This document shows, one piece after another, positions 61,897-64,000 of a stretch of DNA of 64,000 nucleotides. The DNA comes from an uncultured bacterium (GTDB taxonomy: Bacteria; Desulfobacterota_D; UBA1144; Nemesobacterales; UBA2774). The translations under genes and the position numbers were made by a program. Under the pieces are notes generated by a model that was not told where the DNA came from, searched no databases, and was given only the letters and a program-made list of their open reading frames with translations. The stretch spans positions 1 through 64,000 of the forward strand of contig CAWGRW010000010.1 of assembly GCA_963825135.1 (NCBI GenBank). The letters are read 5' to 3'. Every line of letters starts with the position of its first letter. Within the stretch, counting starts at the first letter, position 1.

Positions 61897-62150
61897 TTGA
61901 CCAGTCCTTCCTGAATGAGCGTATTGAGGCAGTCGGCGACTTCTTTCTCCGGGTCCTCCGGGAGCTGATACGCCTCCCTCACGACCGCCGTGATATCGGC
62001 CAGAGAGTTTGTGCCCGTGCAGGCCTCGAGCACGAGCACCGCGGTCTTGTTGAGGTAGTGGACCTTATCCTTCTCGCTCTGGTAGATGACGTAGCCGTCC
62101 TCGACCTCGTTTATGTCTATGCCATCGGCTATTTTGGGGTATTCGCTCAT
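61893..62150 (-). CDS. Stand-alone PqqD-family RiPP recognition element
   Basis: 85 aa; VEDGYVIY..KVHYLNKTAVLVLEAC.G..DCLNTLIQEGLV pattern; AGGA RBS. Confidence 0.88.
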   Translation of the reverse strand: MSEYPKIADGIDINEVEDGYVIYQSEKDKVHYLNKTAVLVLEACTGTNSLADITAVVREAYQLPEDPEKEVADCLNTLIQEGLVK

Positions 62151-62287
62151 CGAAGTACGTCCTGCCTCGTTTCGGTATTTGTAAAAACAGAGTATTTATT
62201 ATCCCGAATTGCGGCGGGACTTTCAAGACCGCGGAGGAATCACATGCGAACCTGCATCGGGAATTTTCCGAAATCGGTCATCAGAAA

Positions 62288-62330
62288 CAAAAAAAACCCC
62301 GGAACGCCTCTATGGGCGCTCCGGGGCTTT
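62288..62330 (-). terminator. Rho-independent terminator after the small lipopeptide gene
   Basis: ccccggaacgcc/gggcgctccgggg stem with an A-run (U-tail on minus strand). Confidence 0.65.
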
Positions 62331-62366
62331 CTTTACATTTAATAATATCTTCCGGTCTATTAAAGC

Positions 62367-62525
62367 CTATGACTGGGTCGAGTCGCCCGAGCCCGAACCT
62401 GTGGGCTGGTTTGACGTCGTGTCCTTATCCTTTCCGCCGCAGGCGAGTACGTTAGACGTAGTCAATACTATTCCGCCGAGCGCTATCCCCAATGTAATTG
62501 CCAGTGCAAATAATACCTTTTTCAT
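62367..62525 (-). CDS. Small secreted or lipidated Ser/Thr/Gly-rich peptide (52 aa, absent from ORF track)
   Basis: MKKVLFALAITLGIALGGIVLTTSNVLACGGKDKDTTSNQPTGSGSGDSTQS*; GGGAGG RBS; VLAC lipobox; own terminator. Confidence 0.7.
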   Translation of the reverse strand: MKKVLFALAITLGIALGGIVLTTSNVLACGGKDKDTTSNQPTGSGSGDSTQS

Positions 62526-62642
62526 GTCGTCTTACCTCCCGCTGTTTTGTATCTAAAGTCTAGCCCAGGATCGGGGAAATTGCCAGTTTTTTTATACCGG
62601 CGTCCGAATGCCCGCGCCGGCCGCGTCATTTTCTCAAATGAT

Positions 62643-63479
62643 TCAAGGCTTCCTCGTCCACGCGCTTATCCAGGTGTTCGACATGCCCACTCTGTCGGCC
62701 GCCCCGACGTCCGCGGCTTCGGCGGCGAGTCTCTCCTTGAGCGTGTCGATGCCGACTTCGTCCGCCGTAGCGATGCCGAGCTTCTCCATCATCGGCAAGA
62801 GGCTCTTTATAGTGCTGACGAACCAGTCAATACCCGGGGAGTTCGCCCCGCCCACGAACGCGTCCATGTGCATCGCGGGCTCGGGAAGTCCGGCCTTCAT
62901 ATAGACCGGGAGGAGCTTGAACCCCATCTGCATCTCCGTCCCCGACTTTTCCATAGCGGCGTACAGCCAGTCCCAGAGCTTCATGAACAGCGGAAAAGGC
63001 GGTATCGCCACGGGGCGTATCGTAAAGTCCACCTCCTGGAAAACGACCACTCCGCCCGGCTTCACGTGCCGGACAAGCGTCGTCAGGACCTTGACCGGCT
63101 CGGGCACGTACATCAGCACCGCCCGCCCGGCAAGCGCGTCGAACACCCCCTCGGGCTCGGCCGCGCCGATATCGCCGACGACGAACCTGATATTGGCGAA
63201 GCCCCTTTCCAGGGCCCGCTTTTTCGCCGTCTCCTGAATCTCCGGGTTCCTCTCTATGCTGACGACCTCACCCTTGGGCCCCACCATCTCGGCCAGCAGC
63301 AGCGCCACGTCCCCGGCCCCCGTGCCTAGCTCCAGCACCCTCATGCCCTTCCCGATGCCCGCGAGCTCGAATATCCTCTCCGTCGTCCGGATAATTATCC
63401 GCGACTGTTCCTCGAGCCGCTTCTTCTCGTTCTCCGTGTCGCTGAGCGCGTATTCTTTCTTAATGTCGCTATCCGCCAT
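62643..63479 (-). CDS. Class I SAM-dependent methyltransferase
   Basis: VLELGTGAGDV, FVVGD, FDALAGR, VKPGG. Confidence 0.9.
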   Translation of the reverse strand: MADSDIKKEYALSDTENEKKRLEEQSRIIIRTTERIFELAGIGKGMRVLELGTGAGDVALLLAEMVGPKGEVVSIERNPEIQETAKKRALERGFANIRFVVGDIGAAEPEGVFDALAGRAVLMYVPEPVKVLTTLVRHVKPGGVVVFQEVDFTIRPVAIPPFPLFMKLWDWLYAAMEKSGTEMQMGFKLLPVYMKAGLPEPAMHMDAFVGGANSPGIDWFVSTIKSLLPMMEKLGIATADEVGIDTLKERLAAEAADVGAADRVGMSNTWISAWTRKP

Positions 63480-63626
63480 GTGTCTGTCTCCTGCAAATAG
63501 TATAGCCGTAAGTGCCGCCCCGGTAACGTAAAATATTGCTCCCGGCTAAATTAATGTTTCAAACTTTGCGTCTTTTCCGCATTCCCCCCGTCTGTACAGA
63601 TAGAAAATAAAAAAAGGAGGCCCGAA

Positions 63627-63743
63627 ATGGCTGAGCAGGAAAAGAAAGAAGTGAATTCCGGTGACGAGGAATGCAGGTGCGGGGAAAATACGTGCTGTAA
63701 GGTCGTATGCGAATGCACATGCACGTGCTGCGAGTGCCGCTGA
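63627..63743 (+). CDS. Metallothionein-like Cys-rich small protein (38 aa, absent from ORF track)
   Basis: MAEQEKKEVNSGDEECRCGENTCCKVVCECTCTCCECR*; AAGGAGG RBS; 10 Cys in the last 23 residues. Confidence 0.7.
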   Translation: MAEQEKKEVNSGDEECRCGENTCCKVVCECTCTCCECR

Positions 63744-63893
63744 AGCGGGGCATGACAAGACGGCGGGCGCGCGTTTGATAGTTTTACCTTATAATATAGC
63801 CGTGCGCCCGCGGGGTTTCCGGACGGATAATCCCCCCCCGCGTGGGGGACGGACGGATGGTTTCCAGGGGGATGGGGATGACAGAGGAATAAT

Positions 63894-64000
63894 ATGGAAA
63901 CGATGCCTGAGACGCAGGCCTGGATCTGGGAGGAGTTTTCGGGGAGGGTAAGGTCTCATCTCCTGAGAAAGATACGCGACAAGGCAGACGTGGACGACCT
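63894..64000 (+). CDS. N-terminus of a probable ECF sigma factor (SigZ-like), truncated by window end
   Basis: METMPETQAWIWEEFSGRVRSHLLRKIRDKADVDD.. resembles ECF region 2 (W.EF...L..F......DAED); GAGG RBS. Confidence 0.5.
   Translation, partial: METMPETQAWIWEEFSGRVRSHLLRKIRDKADVDD

Noticed and set aside
52888..62150. Canonical lasso peptide, PQQ or glycocin cluster
   Set aside because: No asparagine-synthetase-like cyclase, B2 peptidase, PqqB/C/E or C39 transporter is visible; the intact free peptides lack Cys and a double-glycine leader
62643..63479. Methyltransferase as a definite member of the peptide cluster
   Set aside because: Co-oriented but separated from the RRE by a small gene and a terminator; linkage unsupported without synteny data
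63546..63951. Listed ORFs 63546-, 63559-, 63661+
   Set aside because: No convincing RBS or protein features; the 38-aa Cys-rich ORF explains the region better

Overview
GC-rich bacterial chromosomal window; the many IPTL-CTERM proteins and the general gene style are reminiscent of Ca. Dadabacteria/Desulfobacterota_D, but that is inference only. At least eight genes, including the normally essential trpS, carry single-base frameshifts, so the assembly probably contains indel errors. The most striking region is 52888-62525 (minus strand), a candidate undescribed peptide-modification (RiPP-like) system. It encodes a stand-alone PqqD/RRE protein, an HPr-kinase-like P-loop kinase, four glycosyltransferase genes (two GT2-TPR, one GT2, one GT32-GT4 fusion) and an NTP_transf_5-type nucleotidyltransferase. 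Five paralogous copies of a ~53-aa peptide (NPERREFLEKVTKGAFIIPTVISVMMLNQKLNLTTANAQSN) are interspersed among these genes. Two intact copies are missing from the ORF track, one is a pseudogene, and one is fused in-frame to a Cys-initiated Hint autoprocessing domain that lacks the C-terminal His-Asn. Other notable items: an unannotated 38-aa, 10-Cys metallothionein-like ORF ahead of a SigZ-like ECF sigma fragment; a B12-photoreceptor (CarH/LitR) - sigma70 - photolyase module with 11-bp-spaced operator repeats; seven IPTL-CTERM proteins (four in tandem); a GluR0-like channel without the TVGYG filter; an orphan promoter plus structured RNA candidate; a repeat-bounded AT-rich island; a Fur-boxed imelysin/di-heme pair; and a HEPN-MNT toxin-antitoxin pair. 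No rRNA, tRNA, CRISPR array or transposase was recognised.
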